Below are positions 1 through 12,642 of a stretch of 64,000 nt of DNA, piece after piece (the first letter of the stretch is position 1; every line of letters begins with the position of its first letter). The translations under genes and the position numbers were made by a program. A model generated the notes under the pieces. The model was not told the DNA's origin. It did no database searches and worked only from the letters and a program-made list of their open reading frames with translations. The stretch is from positions 6,140,001 through 6,204,000 of the forward strand of contig CM119372.1 in the NCBI GenBank assembly GCA_051294905.1. The letters are read 5' to 3'. Origin of the DNA: Botryllus schlosseri. Its lineage: Eukaryota.

Positions 1-509
1 TTGATGATGCCCTCGTCAAGAATTCAGCCTGGAGCCAATTATTATCACCACATAAAATTTGGTCATGCAGTAGAAGGCAGCGTGGTTTCATGCCAACAGA
101 AAATGTCAGCAGATGATCTGGCCACTGACTAACTGTCCTGAACTTCTTTCCCGATGTTGATGTCTGCTTCGAAAATGATATTTCATTTGTGTACAGCAAG
201 ACAAGCGCTCTTCCGTAGATGCTATGAATCTGTCTAGACAAGTGGCTATGGAGGTAGATGAAAATACATAGGCATAAGAGTCTCGGCAGTTATTGAACTT
301 GATAAGGTTAACATGCATTTTTCTTCGACTATTTCTTATGCTCTGGGTATCGAATGCACAAAAATTAATAAATATCACTTCTTTCCAAGTTTATTTGTAA
401 ATTCAATGAATCAAAGAATATCATAAGTTCAGAATATTACGGAGTCAATGCAAAAGAAACAATGTTCGTCGTCTTTAGAGGATGTTTCTGAGTTGGTTGA
501 ACCAATACA

Positions 510-1023
510 CAGAGGGGGTCAGCAACGAAGTACTATTTTACCTGAGTACTAGCGTCATTATGAGTTTAGGCTACTTCCACTTCTACTTGACACTTTTTAG
601 GTAGTACTTTTTTGTCAGTTTGGGGATTTTGTCAACTAGAAAGTAGCTTTGGCGCATGATTGCACCCCCTTCAAGCGTGAGGTTGTCATAACAACTGGGC
701 AAAATAGCTCCAGTACCACGGTAACTAAATTAATTTTTGAAAATTGCACATATTTGTGGTGTCATCACCCTTTTGCGTTGATCAAGAAGATGCAACATGA
801 AATGTTTACAGTTGTCACGTGGCATTAATTTCTAAAACTAAGGGACCCAACCAAATCTACTTCATGTAACGAATTTCTTGACCGCTTTTCAGAAATTCAT
901 TTCTACTTCCACTTGAAGTACTTTGGACATGTCCTGGAAGTAATTATTGCTACTTGTACTGGAGTATAAATTGAGGCATTACTTGTACTCGGTTCCCAAC
1001 AATGACCACGTTGACCACCTCTG
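510..1023. mobile_element. hAT-like MITE (CAGAGGTGGTC TIR family with GTAGAA/CTACTT subterminal repeats)
   Basis: Ends CAGAGGGGGTCAG and TTGACCACCTCTG; same family as 46650-46911; no TSD recognised. Confidence 0.55.
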
Positions 1024-1894
1024 GGTATAGGATGACCGATCTTGTCACTGCGTTTGAGCTGTTCTAAGAGTTATTTGATAGTTACTTCCCTTAGTTCGCT
1101 AAATAGCGCACATATGTGACATCAACTATTTATCAAAATCGCGTGTGATTTGCCAAATCCACTTCAATCGCAGTCGTGAAGTAGTGCTAATAAGATCGGC
1201 ATTGTATAAGGCAACAATAAAGTGCACTGCTTTGCTTAGTCTTGATGGCAGGTTCTCCCAAAAGATACTTCCGATGTGTTCAGCGGTTTTATAGCAGCAC
1301 GCCCGATAGGGTTGGTGTTCATACCTTGCAAATGGGTAACAAATCTTGCAAATGGGTAACGATTTACCTTGCATATGGGAAACAAATCTTGCAAATGGGT
1401 AACGGTTTACCTTGCATATGGGAAACTATCTTGCAAATGGGCAAGGAATGATTTCACCTTGCAAATGACCAACAACGGTCGAAACACAAGGCATGGTGGG
1501 GTCATCCGCCCGGCGCCCACCAGTGGAGCAAGACCCAGATGGGTCCCCCCCCACAAATTCGGCGAAATCCAAATCCAAATTAAAAAATCCAGATGCTCAT
1601 TCAAAACTGACGGCAATTGGTGCTACCATATGACCCCTCCCCACCACCACCACCACCAATTCGAATACATCCAAATCCAGATTTCCATCAAATCCAAATC
1701 TGAAAATCCACGTTTTTATCCAAAACTGACGTCAGATGTAGTTGGTGCTAGCATATATGCCCCCCACCAATTCAGCGAAATCCAACTCCAGTTTCTCATC
1801 ACGATTTACATTGAAATCCATCAGTTATGCAAAGGCAAGGACTTACCTTGTAATAGACGATAAATCAACCAGTTATGCAAAGGCAAGGACTTAC

Positions 1895-2320
1895 CTTGCA
1901 AATGGGTAAGGATTTACTTTACAAATGGGAAACAAATCTTGCAAATAGGAAAGGCTTTACCTTGCAAATGGGATACAGATCTTGCAAATGGGTAACGATT
2001 TACCTTGCATATGGGATACAAATCTTGCAAATGGGTAACGATTTACCTTGCATATGGGAAACAAATCTTGCAAATGGGTAACGATTTATCTTGCATATGG
2101 GAAACAAATCTTGCAAATGGGTAACGATTTACCTTGCATATGGGAAACAAATCTTGCAAATGGGTAACGATTTACCTTGCATATGGGAAACAAATCTTGC
2201 AAATGGGTAACGATTTATCTTGCATATGGGAAACAAATCTTGCAAATGGGAAAGGCTTTACCTTGCGAATGGGAAACATTATTGCAAATGGGAAAGGACT
2301 GATTTCACCTTGCAAATGAC
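1895..2320 (+). repeat. 43-bp tandem repeat (23+20 subunits; TGCAAATGGGTAACGATTTACCTTGCATATGGGAAACAAATCT) in the left foldback arm
   Basis: Period read directly (2041 to 2084); a further block lies at about 1324-1465. Confidence 0.92.
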
Positions 2321-5300
2321 CAACAACGGTCGAAACACACGACATGGTGGGGTGATCCGCCCACCACTGCAGCAAGACCCAGATGGGTTCTTCCCCATAT
2401 GACCCCTCCCCACCACCACTAGTGCGGTCAAAACTCACAACAGGTAGGGTCATCAGCCCATCAGTTGAGCGATACCCGGATTATCCCTGCTATCAAGCAA
2501 TTATGCCTATACTTATGCTTACTTACTTTTCGCCATTTATAGTTTGTCAAACTAATAAATCTGCTAGATCACGACCAATCGATAAAGCCACCTGTATCGC
2601 CAGTTCTAGTTGCGCAATCTGAAAATCCAGTTGGGGGTGATACTTACAGACAAAACGAAAGTGACCAATGGCCATATGTATTCAGAATATACAGAATATA
2701 CACTTATACAGTGTAGGAGGAACGAATAGGCCTAGCAAAAATCGTGGCAATGTTCGCAATAAAAAAATCCTTTTGGTTCAGATTTCCCAGGGCTGCAATC
2801 CGTGTGGGTCCATCTATTGCAATTGTTACACTGGACCTAGAAAAATTATTGGATTTATAGGTCAGTGTGAGCGACCGTTCCATCTGAATTGCTCCTCAAA
2901 TAATATCTTAGAAATAGCAAAAGCATGTCATTGTACTGATCCGAAGACATATTTAGTCCACGCCGTTTTGATATATAAATATTGTCGTCGAATCTCTTAA
3001 CGTATTGCTGTGTGTGTGAATAGCGTGTGAGGTAGGCCTATTTATTTTATTTGCCTCGATTTCAAGACTGCTCATTATGCACATGTAAACTAACCATTCA
3101 CCTTGACCCTATTCTTGTCCCAGCATAAGAAGTTGAGACTATGTGTTTGTTTTGTTATGATTCAATTGATTGCAAAAGGCGGGGTAAAATGCATATATCC
3201 CCCTGATTTCAAATTATGCCCCCATTCATCGTATCCAGTGTAACTTGAAACTCCACATTAGCTCAATGACTTGGATCAAGATGAAGTTCTTAGGGATAGC
3301 AGGCCTGATGATGAGATTTTGAAATCGCAGATGATTGCTGCGCTGTAAACGAAAATGGTGTGTTTCGTAATTTGCACCCTAGTGGAGGGTGTGTTTTGAG
3401 TCATCACGCTTTTTGTGGTACTAAATTTGTCGAGCCAACTACACCCATTCCCATGCAAATTGTAATATATGAAAAAAGTTCACATGGCAGAACCTTCCAA
3501 GAATCGTGTGTGAACGCAAACCTCAAAATTTCTGAGGTTCACACACAGAACGCAAACGTGAACCTCGCGTTCATGCCACCCCTAACGTTATCGCCCTGGG
3601 GAATTGGTGCGTTGTGGGTTTCGATGATGGCTGCAATCTGGTACACCTGGTTCTGTTCCCGTAGCCCGCAGGTTTTGTGTAACCCGCGAGGTAATTCTAG
3701 AAATGAGTTATAAGATCAGGTAAAATTACAAGGCCAACCAAAATTTGATTTGCCTGACCGCGAAATTTGATGAGGACAAAAAGATGAGTTCCGACGCATT
3801 GGCGTGGAGGGGTCAGCCACATTTATCGCAGATCTTCGTATATGGCCATAAAGTATAATATTTCGCAGCAGATTTATTTGACTTGAAATTTTTCTTAGCA
3901 TTTCGCATCATTTATTGTCGCTCGATCTCTTGAATTTAGTATTGAAGCCCTCCTGATAACGCGTAATTTACAGAATTGAGTCTAACTTATTGGCAATATG
4001 TCGTCCAACTTGCGACTTCGCTTCTGTGCTCGCAGCGTGATCGTCGGCGATGAAACTTTGCATAAAATGTTAACCGAAACCTTCGCTATTGCTATGTCTA
4101 AACGCCGAATAATCCTGTCCTTGCCAAATGAGCAATTCAAAGAGTGGTAACGTAAGTCACGTTTTCAACGTTACCTAATTCGGTTCGCTCCTATAGGACG
4201 ACTAAAAAAGAGGTCATCAACATTCGATTGGCCCGCGCAATGGTTCTTAAATCTCGTGTGTCCCTTTGGCCTCCTCTGCTAGGGGGATGCCAGTGACAGA
4301 GCATACTCAAGCCACTGCAAAAACGTCAGGTATACTCAGTATCATAGACAGTGTCCAGGATTATCCTTGATCAGTGGATAATCTAAGAATTATCAAAGAA
4401 AAACTGAATTAACTCCACTTCTATGGCTTGGAATTGAGTCAAATTTGTTTTGCATAGTTTTTGAAGACAGCCCAACAATTTCATGGAGTTGGCGGACAAA
4501 TTTGAAAAAGAATTTTTTTTTTGCATTTTTGGGCAAATTCAAAATTTCCAAACGGTACGAATGAATTCAAATTTGGTGTGCGTCTTTTTTCAAGGCAACC
4601 TAACGATTTAATCAAGTGAGCCAGCAAGATTCAGGAAAAAAAGATTAGTTTTGAACAGCTCTAATAGACACCCTAGATTCGGAGTCCTAAACCTGCAGCG
4701 TGGATCAGTATCTCTCAGGCTATCCGATAGTCGTCGAGCATATCCAATTGTCCACTTTCAAGTCGATATACAAACAATTTCTACTGAATCAATACTATAG
4801 TCAGCTCTCAACATTACCGGACCACGGCCTGATATATTAATCTCGCCTCGCAACACATGCCACCTCTTTTTGTCACCTGTTGAACTTTTATATTACCTAC
4901 TTTTACTTTCCATTCGGTGCGCATGCCGGCTTTTCACATCGCATATGCCAGATGAGTGTCTGATTTCAAAGACTACTCCAAGTTGTTTCGACAGTTGTTT
5001 GGTTTTTGGGGTATTCATGGTGTTTGTCGACTATACTATATGGTCATTTACAGCAGGCCGATATTCTTCATTTTTGTTCCGTAACTGCCGACTTATAGCA
5101 CGGCCCACTTTTAGGCTTTTTGTAAGACACGACTTACGCGGATGAGGTGGCGAGGAGGATCCTAGATAAACCACCAACACTTACCTATCGTAATTCTTAA
5201 GTCGACCTCCGCGATTTACCAACGAAAAACTCACATAACTCCGCTTCTATTGGTCGGAATTGACTCAAATTTGTTTTGCAACATCGTTGAAGACAGCTCA

Positions 5301-6269
5301 AACAATTTCATGGAGTTGACAGAAAAATTTGGAAAATTATTTTTTTAAATTTTCTTGTTTAAATTAAAAAATTCAATTGGATCTTCGGAGCCCTATACTT
5401 GTTAGAATTGAACCAAATTTGGTGCGCAGCGTTTTTTAGGGTAACCTGACGATTTAAGAGGTGACCAGCTTGAATCGGGAAAAAAAGTTATTTTTGAACA
5501 GCCCTACTGTCGGATGGCCGGCGGGATGATACTGTTTCACACGTGAATGTGGACTCTGGACATATGCTCGTCGACTGTCGGATGGCCGGCGGGATACGTG
5601 TTCCACACGTTCACACACACATGAGCATCGACGTAAAATACACATAATTATTGGTGTTATAATGATTGAAGGCGTCACAATTTTCTTTTACTCATCGTGG
5701 CGACAGGTGAGTAACAGAGGAAGGCACTGCCTCGCCTGAGCTCAAATCACTTGGATTGTTGTGTGTGCGTGTGTGTGTGTGTGTGTGTGGGGGGGGGGGG
5801 GTCATATGGTTGCACCAACTAACTGACTGACTAACTGACTAATTTAGTAATTAAGATTTGGATTTCGTCTAATTTGTGGAGAGGGACCAATCTGGCCGCT
5901 CCACCCTGTCGTGAATTCAGACTGTTCCTGGCCATTAGCAAGGTCAAATCAGTACTTGCTCATTTGCAAGGTAAAGCCTTTCCCATTTGCAAGATTTGTT
6001 TCCAATTTCCAAGTATGCGAAAAGTAAGTAAGCATAAGTAGACATAATTGCTTGATAGCAGGGATAATCCGGGTATCGCTCAACTGATGGGCTGATGACC
6101 CCACCTGTTGTGAGTTTTGACCGCACTATAGCATCTGGACACCATAACATCTGGATTTTTGAATTTGGATTTCGCCTAATTTGTGTGTATGGGGGGGGGG
6201 GGTGAACCCATCTCGGTCTTGCAGCAGTGTTGGGCGGATCAGCCCACCATGTCGTGTGTTTCGACCGTT

Positions 6270-6710
6270 GTTGGTCATTTGCAAGGTGAAATCAGTCCTT
6301 TCCCATTTCCAAGATTTGTTTCCCATTTGCAGGGTAAAACCCTTCCCAATTTGCAAGATTTGTTTCCCATATGTAAGGTAAATCGTTACCCATTTGCAAT
6401 ATTTGTTTCTCATATGCAAGGTAAATCGTTCCCCAATTGCAAGATTTGTTTCCCATTTGCAAGGTAAAGCCTTTCCCATTTGCAAGATTTGTTTCCCATA
6501 TGCAAGGTGATCGTTACCCATTTGCAAGACTTGTTTCTCATATGCAAGGTAAATCGTTACCCATTTGCAAGATTTGTTTCCCATTTGCAAGGTATATTCG
6601 TGCTCATTTGCAAGATTTGTTTCCCATTTGCAAGGTAAATCCTTTCCTATTTGCAAGATTTCTTTCCCATTTGCAAGGTAAATCGTTACCCATTTGCAAG
6701 ATTTCTTTTC
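6270..6710 (-). repeat. Same 43-bp tandem repeat, inverted, in the right foldback arm
   Basis: Reverse complement of the left-arm array; further blocks at about 6977-7060 and 7495-7640. Confidence 0.92.
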
Positions 6711-6719
6711 CGAGCTAAC

Positions 6720-6976
6720 GAGCGAGATAGTGTAATGGTTATGCGTCCGGCTTCTCGAGCGGTAGGTCGTGGGTTCGATCCCCGGCCGGGTCATACTAAA
6801 GACTCGAAAAATAGTATCCGCAGCTATCCTGCTAGGCGCTCAGCAATCACGGATAGCATGGAGGAGAAAAAAAACGGGGGCGCAGACTAGATGACCTCAT
6901 GGGGCCGTATCGCAACTCCGTCGCCAAAGCATCTCGATGGTGCTGGCGAGAAAGAATATCATCTCTCTCTCTCTCT
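6720..6976 (+). mobile_element. tRNA-derived SINE with a V-SINE-like core and (TC)n tail
   Basis: Pol III A box TAGTGTAATGG (6728-6738) and B box GGTTCGATCCC (6772-6782), then GGTCATACTAAAGACT...CCTGCTAGGCGCTCAGCA resembling the V-domain. It interrupts the 43-bp array. Confidence 0.75.
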
Positions 6977-7156
6977 CCATTTGCAAGGTAAATTCTTTCC
7001 CATTCGCAAGATTCTTGCCCATATGCAAGGGCACACCTTGTTCATTTGCAAGGTAAATCGTTGGATTTCTGATGGATTTCAAGGTAAATCGTGATGAGAA
7101 TCTGGACTTGGATTTCGCTGAATTGGTGGGGGCCATATGCTAGCACCAACTACATC

Positions 7157-7260
7157 TGTCGCTTCGACATCTTCCTGTCTTTTCATTGTATCGCATTTTT
7201 TGTGGTGTATATTGAACTGATAAAATTGCTAATAAACCAATGATGATGATGATGATGATG
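7157..7260 (+). mobile_element. 5'-truncated non-LTR retroelement 3' end with AATAAA and (GAT)n tail
   Basis: Absent from the mirror position in the left arm; near-identical copy at 34784-34877; related minus-strand copy at about 54704-54870 that is absent from gene A. Confidence 0.65.
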
Positions 7261-10200
7261 TGGATTTTCGGATTTGGATTTGATCGAAATCTGGATTTGG
7301 ATCAATCCGAATTGGTGGTGGGGAGGGGTCATATGGCTGCACCAATTAACGTCCGTCAGTTTTCGATGAACATCTGGATTTTCGAATTTGGATTTGGATT
7401 TCGCTGAATTTGTGGGGGGTGAACCCATCTGGGTCTTGCTTCACTGGTTGGCGGATCACCCCACCATGTCGTGTGTTTCGACCGTGTTGTTGGTCATTTG
7501 CAAGGTGAAATCATTCCTTGCCCATTTGCAAGATTGTTTCCCATATGCAAGGTAAACCGTTACCCATTTGCAAGATTTGTTACCCATATGCAAGGTAAAT
7601 CGTTACCCATTTGCAAGATTTCTTACCCATTTGCAAGGTGCGAGCACCAACCCTACTCAGCACGCCAGCACCCAAACCAGCAGACAGTACATCCTGATCC
7701 TTGCGGGTCCCGGCTGCTTCAGTCATATCGTCCATCCAAAATCAGGCTCCATAACAGACAAATAGTTCTGCTTGAACTAACAAATACTCTTACCAGAATA
7801 TAAACCAATCGCTTTACTTCAAATGCATAAATTTAAGTACATATGATCAGAGTTGAGTACCGTAATACGACTACGTTACCGATGGATTTCTGCGTAATTC
7901 TGACGATATTATTCTAAATGCTTTGTACATGATTGACATCTAGCATAGGTGAATCTCTGATGACTTCTACAACAAATTTCCGAAACGTTTACAACCAGCA
8001 ATCAACAGTACAATATGCGATATTTAGCACTGAAGCAGGTGCGCGAGAAAGTAGCTTGCTACCCAATTTGTGGTTGCTATGCGACCTAGTCACGTGATCG
8101 AAGTCCTGCAAAAGGCCTATTGGAAACGTTAACAGCGTGGACTGTGAGATGTCTCTATCATGAGTACCGGAAGGGCAGGGAGCTTGGTATTTGAGTGCTA
8201 TATTTAATAAACAGCAATAGGCCTAGTCTCGATCATCATGAACTGCTGATGCGATATAATGAATTCGATTATATGATTATAGTGACACGGCTGTAATATC
8301 ACCTACAGACGGAATTGATCGACCCGCTGCTAATCGGTAACTCATGCAAGCCGATAATTCTTGTAGTAGGCTACAGTTGATACTATATGATAATGCATTG
8401 ATCATAGAAGTCTGATTTATTGTACTCTGTTCCATAATGTCTCACAAGCAATAACTTGCCATTTCATGTGCATCCTGTGAAAAGTTTTACAAGGATTTCC
8501 TAGGACTGCAGGACCCAATCAGCAAACCAGATGCCGCATAAAGTAATGTACCGGTATTTTATAACATATCGGTATATACTGAATTTTGAAATGTTATAGG
8601 CTTACAGAAATGTGGAATGTTCCTTTATGGAATGTGAGATTGCTGAATTTGTGGATGCATGAAGATTGTAGCATCACATTAACATCCATTTTCGTATTTT
8701 TGTGTCTACAACAGTATATAACCATCTATAATAGCGTTAATAAAATAATTGAGGCTTTCAGTGAACATGTAAGAATTTTTGGCAATATTGGTTTATATTT
8801 AGGGTATTTTAGGAACAACATTATAATAGTTTGTTAGCCCATCTTTAACCTCGCTCTAATCAAAGGATACTCAAACACTAAACCAATTATAAACTCTATA
8901 AACTTAGCATGTTCATGGCCTGCTGCAGACGGGTTGTTGGCAATGTTACCGCAATGTTGGCACGGCCTCCGTGCATACTTTTATTGCTTGATTATAACTT
9001 TCGATATTAGTATATATACACGGAAACATTGCCTACATTGCAGCAGTATCAAAAAAGTAGGCTATGGATGGGCCCTAAGGAAGGCTGATTGCTCATGGTC
9101 ATCTTGCCGTCGATAAGAAAACACAACCTTATTATCAATGGATTCTTACTATATATGGATGGGACATATCTGTGTTTGTGTATACAAAGTTACTTCATTT
9201 CTACCAGGAGACTAGATATTGAACAGGCAATGTTATGTAGTTCTAAACTTCAGAGGAAGGCGCCGCAGTGGTGCATTGTTCATGGATCAAGATGTTAAAT
9301 TATGTAAGTTGAAGTTACGAACTATATATGATGATTTATGATATTTCATTAATAAGCAATTTATCACCCTGAAAAAAGTGCCATCGATGATGCGGAAATA
9401 TACAATTGACGGTGGTTCGTAATCGGGCTGCTAAAACGTGCTGGGTGGAACTATAATTTTATTATAAACTGCATTGTTATAGTGGCACAGAGCGTGTAAT
9501 TTCAGTAGGCTGTCTTGAAAATAGTCACATACTTGGCTCGAATCATAAGAATTGATACTCGTTCGAGATTTGAGTAACCATACCAATGTGCTCAGCCCTA
9601 CTGATTAGTCATTGTAGTGAGTAGAATGTGCAAATGGTCCAGCTTGAACTTCATTGTCTTTTTTTTTACAGGATATTCTAGATTCCTGGCTTGGCTTCTT
9701 GACAAATGGCTTCACTACAAACATTATAATATCTTTGATTATTTAGATCGGCAATGTCTTCAATTGATAGTGTTCAACAACGTCAAGAACACTGTACAAA
9801 GTATGTCTTGATGACTGGAACCAAAAACGTTCGGAAGAACTACTGCCACATGGAACAAGCGTTGCTGTAAAATCTGTGCTGCGTCATCCTCAGGAAAAGT
9901 CAAAAGGTATAAAACATTGAATACACTTCATGGAAACCAGAGGCTGTGAAAGTAATCATCTTTTGAACTGAAGTAGATGTAATGTTATGGATTTATACAC
10001 ACCTAGAGGTAACAACTTTAAAGTTGCGTTAGATCTACTAGAAATGGAAGTAGATAATGCACTTCTGGAAAGTATACAAATAATAAGTTTGAAAAAGTAG
10101 ATTTGGTTGAGGTGTTGCGTAGGCATTCTTAGCGTTTAATCATAGTTGGTGGTCAAAGTACATATTGTTTGCACCGGAGTTTAAATAGTTGCAACGCCTT

Positions 10201-12523
10201 GAATTTCTACTGTACAATTAGCCATTTACCAGGCTTGTAAAATTCACTTCAAAATGAAGTAAAAAGTTCTAAAAGAAGATTTTGTGCTCTATTCTATCCC
10301 AGGGGTTCTTGAACAGGGCCCGTAGACCCTTTTGTGGTACGATATGCATCGTGGAATTAGACCTATATGCTGTGGTTCTCGTGCTATGCGCAATTTTATG
10401 TGAATTGACTATCTGATTTTAATATAGGTACCATCAGAAATTGTGTTGAAAATAAATTTTGGGCTGCTAGAAATCTTATGAGTAGCATGAAGTGTGCGAT
10501 CGCTAAGGCTAAGAAACAATGCTATTACTATGGCTAAAGTTGTTGATATGTTCCAATAATAATCGAAGCCAACATCTAATTCTGAATTAATTTGACTTTG
10601 GTAATGACAGTAGCAACAGCCTACTTATCACGACTATATCAAAACCCGGATTAGGCTACACCGCTCAAATGCTCTGATACCAGATCAAATTTCAGTCGAT
10701 TTTAAAATACAACTGTGACACGTCAAAGGTCCACCAACTGAAATAGTATAACCCAGAGTTTGATGATGTCATGATGCATCCTATTGCATCATCTCTATAA
10801 CTCATTATTTTAACAAATTATGCCCAGCACAAAAATAATTTTATTGAAATATTCAAAACTGTGATTTTTTTCGTGTCAAACGTGAATAATACAATAGTAA
10901 ATTATATTCTCGAGATGTTTGTGGAATGCCTGTCTGCAAGCTCCCGTCAAATAAGGCCTACATGGAAATTATACATTGAATATCCCTATCTTGCTGCGTC
11001 GTCAAAAATCCGGAAATTGACCTGCGACCACATTTGAATTTGAAGCCTCTGCTCTATATGATGTGACAACATTATGAACAAGGAAAAGTTGAAATATCTA
11101 TCTCGTATGCGAATTCGAAGAAAATGAATACCGGCTCTACATCATATCGAAGAATGTTTTTTAGATTTAAGATAATTCCTATTTTATTGTACTTTGAGAC
11201 AATACATTTGTCATTCACACGATCGTGCGTAGCTACGTCCTACATGTGCCGTGTTCTGCGATATGACCAATCGATGTTTTTAGGCCTCGCAGTGGTACAT
11301 AGAATCAGAATTCTAAATCTTGTTGAGTACAATTTATGTACCCTAAAAGATCATCTGTTTCGACTTATCGTTACTCTATTCAGATCCGTGGCAAGCCCTA
11401 GTTGTAGTAGGTGATAAGTTCCAAATAAAGGTGGTCAAAGTATTCATCGTTAGTACCGTACTAAATAGTATAAATAGCGATTTACAAGACATCAAACTAC
11501 TTCCAAGTGTCGACATGGTCAAAATATGGAGACTTGAGGAATGTCGTAGTAGTATGCTTTTAAACAGAGATAAGGAAAGCAATCATGTTCAGCACTCAAT
11601 TAGAAATATTTGTAGCGTCAGTAGTCTAGTACAAGTAAGAGTAACGCAATGTATTTCTACTCGGGTTCAAGCACTCAAGCAGCGATATACATGGCTTATC
11701 AAAACTATTTTAGGTAAAGTAGAAGTTCTGGAAAGTACTGAAGTATGTACTTGAGGTGTTTCCACAATATAATTTGATTGACGGGTTTCATACTCTGTAT
11801 CACAACGTCAGAAGCTGCCGTACTCGAGTAGACATTGTAGTATCGTCATAAATTATCACTCAGCACAAGTAGAAGTAGCGGATCACAATTAATGCATGAG
11901 GGAATAGAAATTGAAGCAGCTTTGACGCAAATTTCATGTGCTATGTCAGCAGAGTGGCTCTACAAATGATTTGCTGACATTGTTGTATATGTTTCAGGCA
12001 AAACAAAGACCAAAAAGAAAACTGTTGTTGCAACCAAGTTTATTGCGAATACGCACTCGCGCTCTTAACATGATGCGGTGCAAATGATGCATCGTTTTAT
12101 AATATGCAATGTAAATTTTACTTATGATTGCTCCATGCTTTTCCCTGTTTTAGTTGTATTAGCAGTTGTACTTTTTCAAAGTCATGTGACACGTTTATTT
12201 CTAATTTCATGATGCACTTCAATTGAAATGTTTGTAATGGTAATATAAAATTGACTTAGAACTTGCTGTTATATGCAAAATCCCACTGACACATTTATTC
12301 GTAGTGATTTCCTGATCGATTTTTCACGTAAGCCTGAACTTTGTTTACCAGTAATAGTTCATTAGTTAATGTTGTACTTGTATTTTGCAATTGTCGTTTT
12401 ACAGTAACCCAATATAAACAGTTCGTTAGTTTATATGATGTTGAATTCCATGTAATTGCACCAGGTTAGGAGGGGGAGTCCTGATATGGTAATCCTGAGG
12501 AATAGAACAGGTGGTAAATGACA

Positions 12524-12642
12524 TATCCATAGGGAGTCACGTCGCGTCCACAGTAGGTCTGACGCATCCATAGGGAGTCACGTCACGTTCACAGCAGATC
12601 CAATGAGTCCATATGGAGTCGCTTCACGTCCATAGTAGACCA
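12524..12642 (+). repeat. Three degenerate copies of a 41-bp repeat (TCCATAGGGAGTCACGTC...)
   Basis: Motif starts at 12526, 12567 and 12608. Confidence 0.7.

Larger units (their letters stand above)
1304..7657. mobile_element. Foldback-type DNA transposon (Mutator/FB-like) with long modular inverted arms; non-autonomous
   Basis: Arms at about 1304-2533 and 6017-7657 are inverted copies beginning TAGGGTTGGTG and built from satellite blocks. The 9-bp direct repeat CAGCACGCC flanks it at 1295-1303 and 7658-7666. No transposase ORF inside. Confidence 0.72.

Noticed and set aside
1324..2320. 43-bp repeats as a CRISPR array
   Set aside because: Units are head-to-tail with no unique spacers, there are no cas genes, and the context is eukaryotic.
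6126..6794. 222-aa ORF and similar ORFs at 1242-2453 and 7471-7803
   Set aside because: Translations of the satellite and SINE, with repetitive peptides in several frames on both strands.
6720..6795. tRNA gene
   Set aside because: A and B boxes are present, but I see no convincing acceptor stem, and the sequence runs on into a SINE core and tail.
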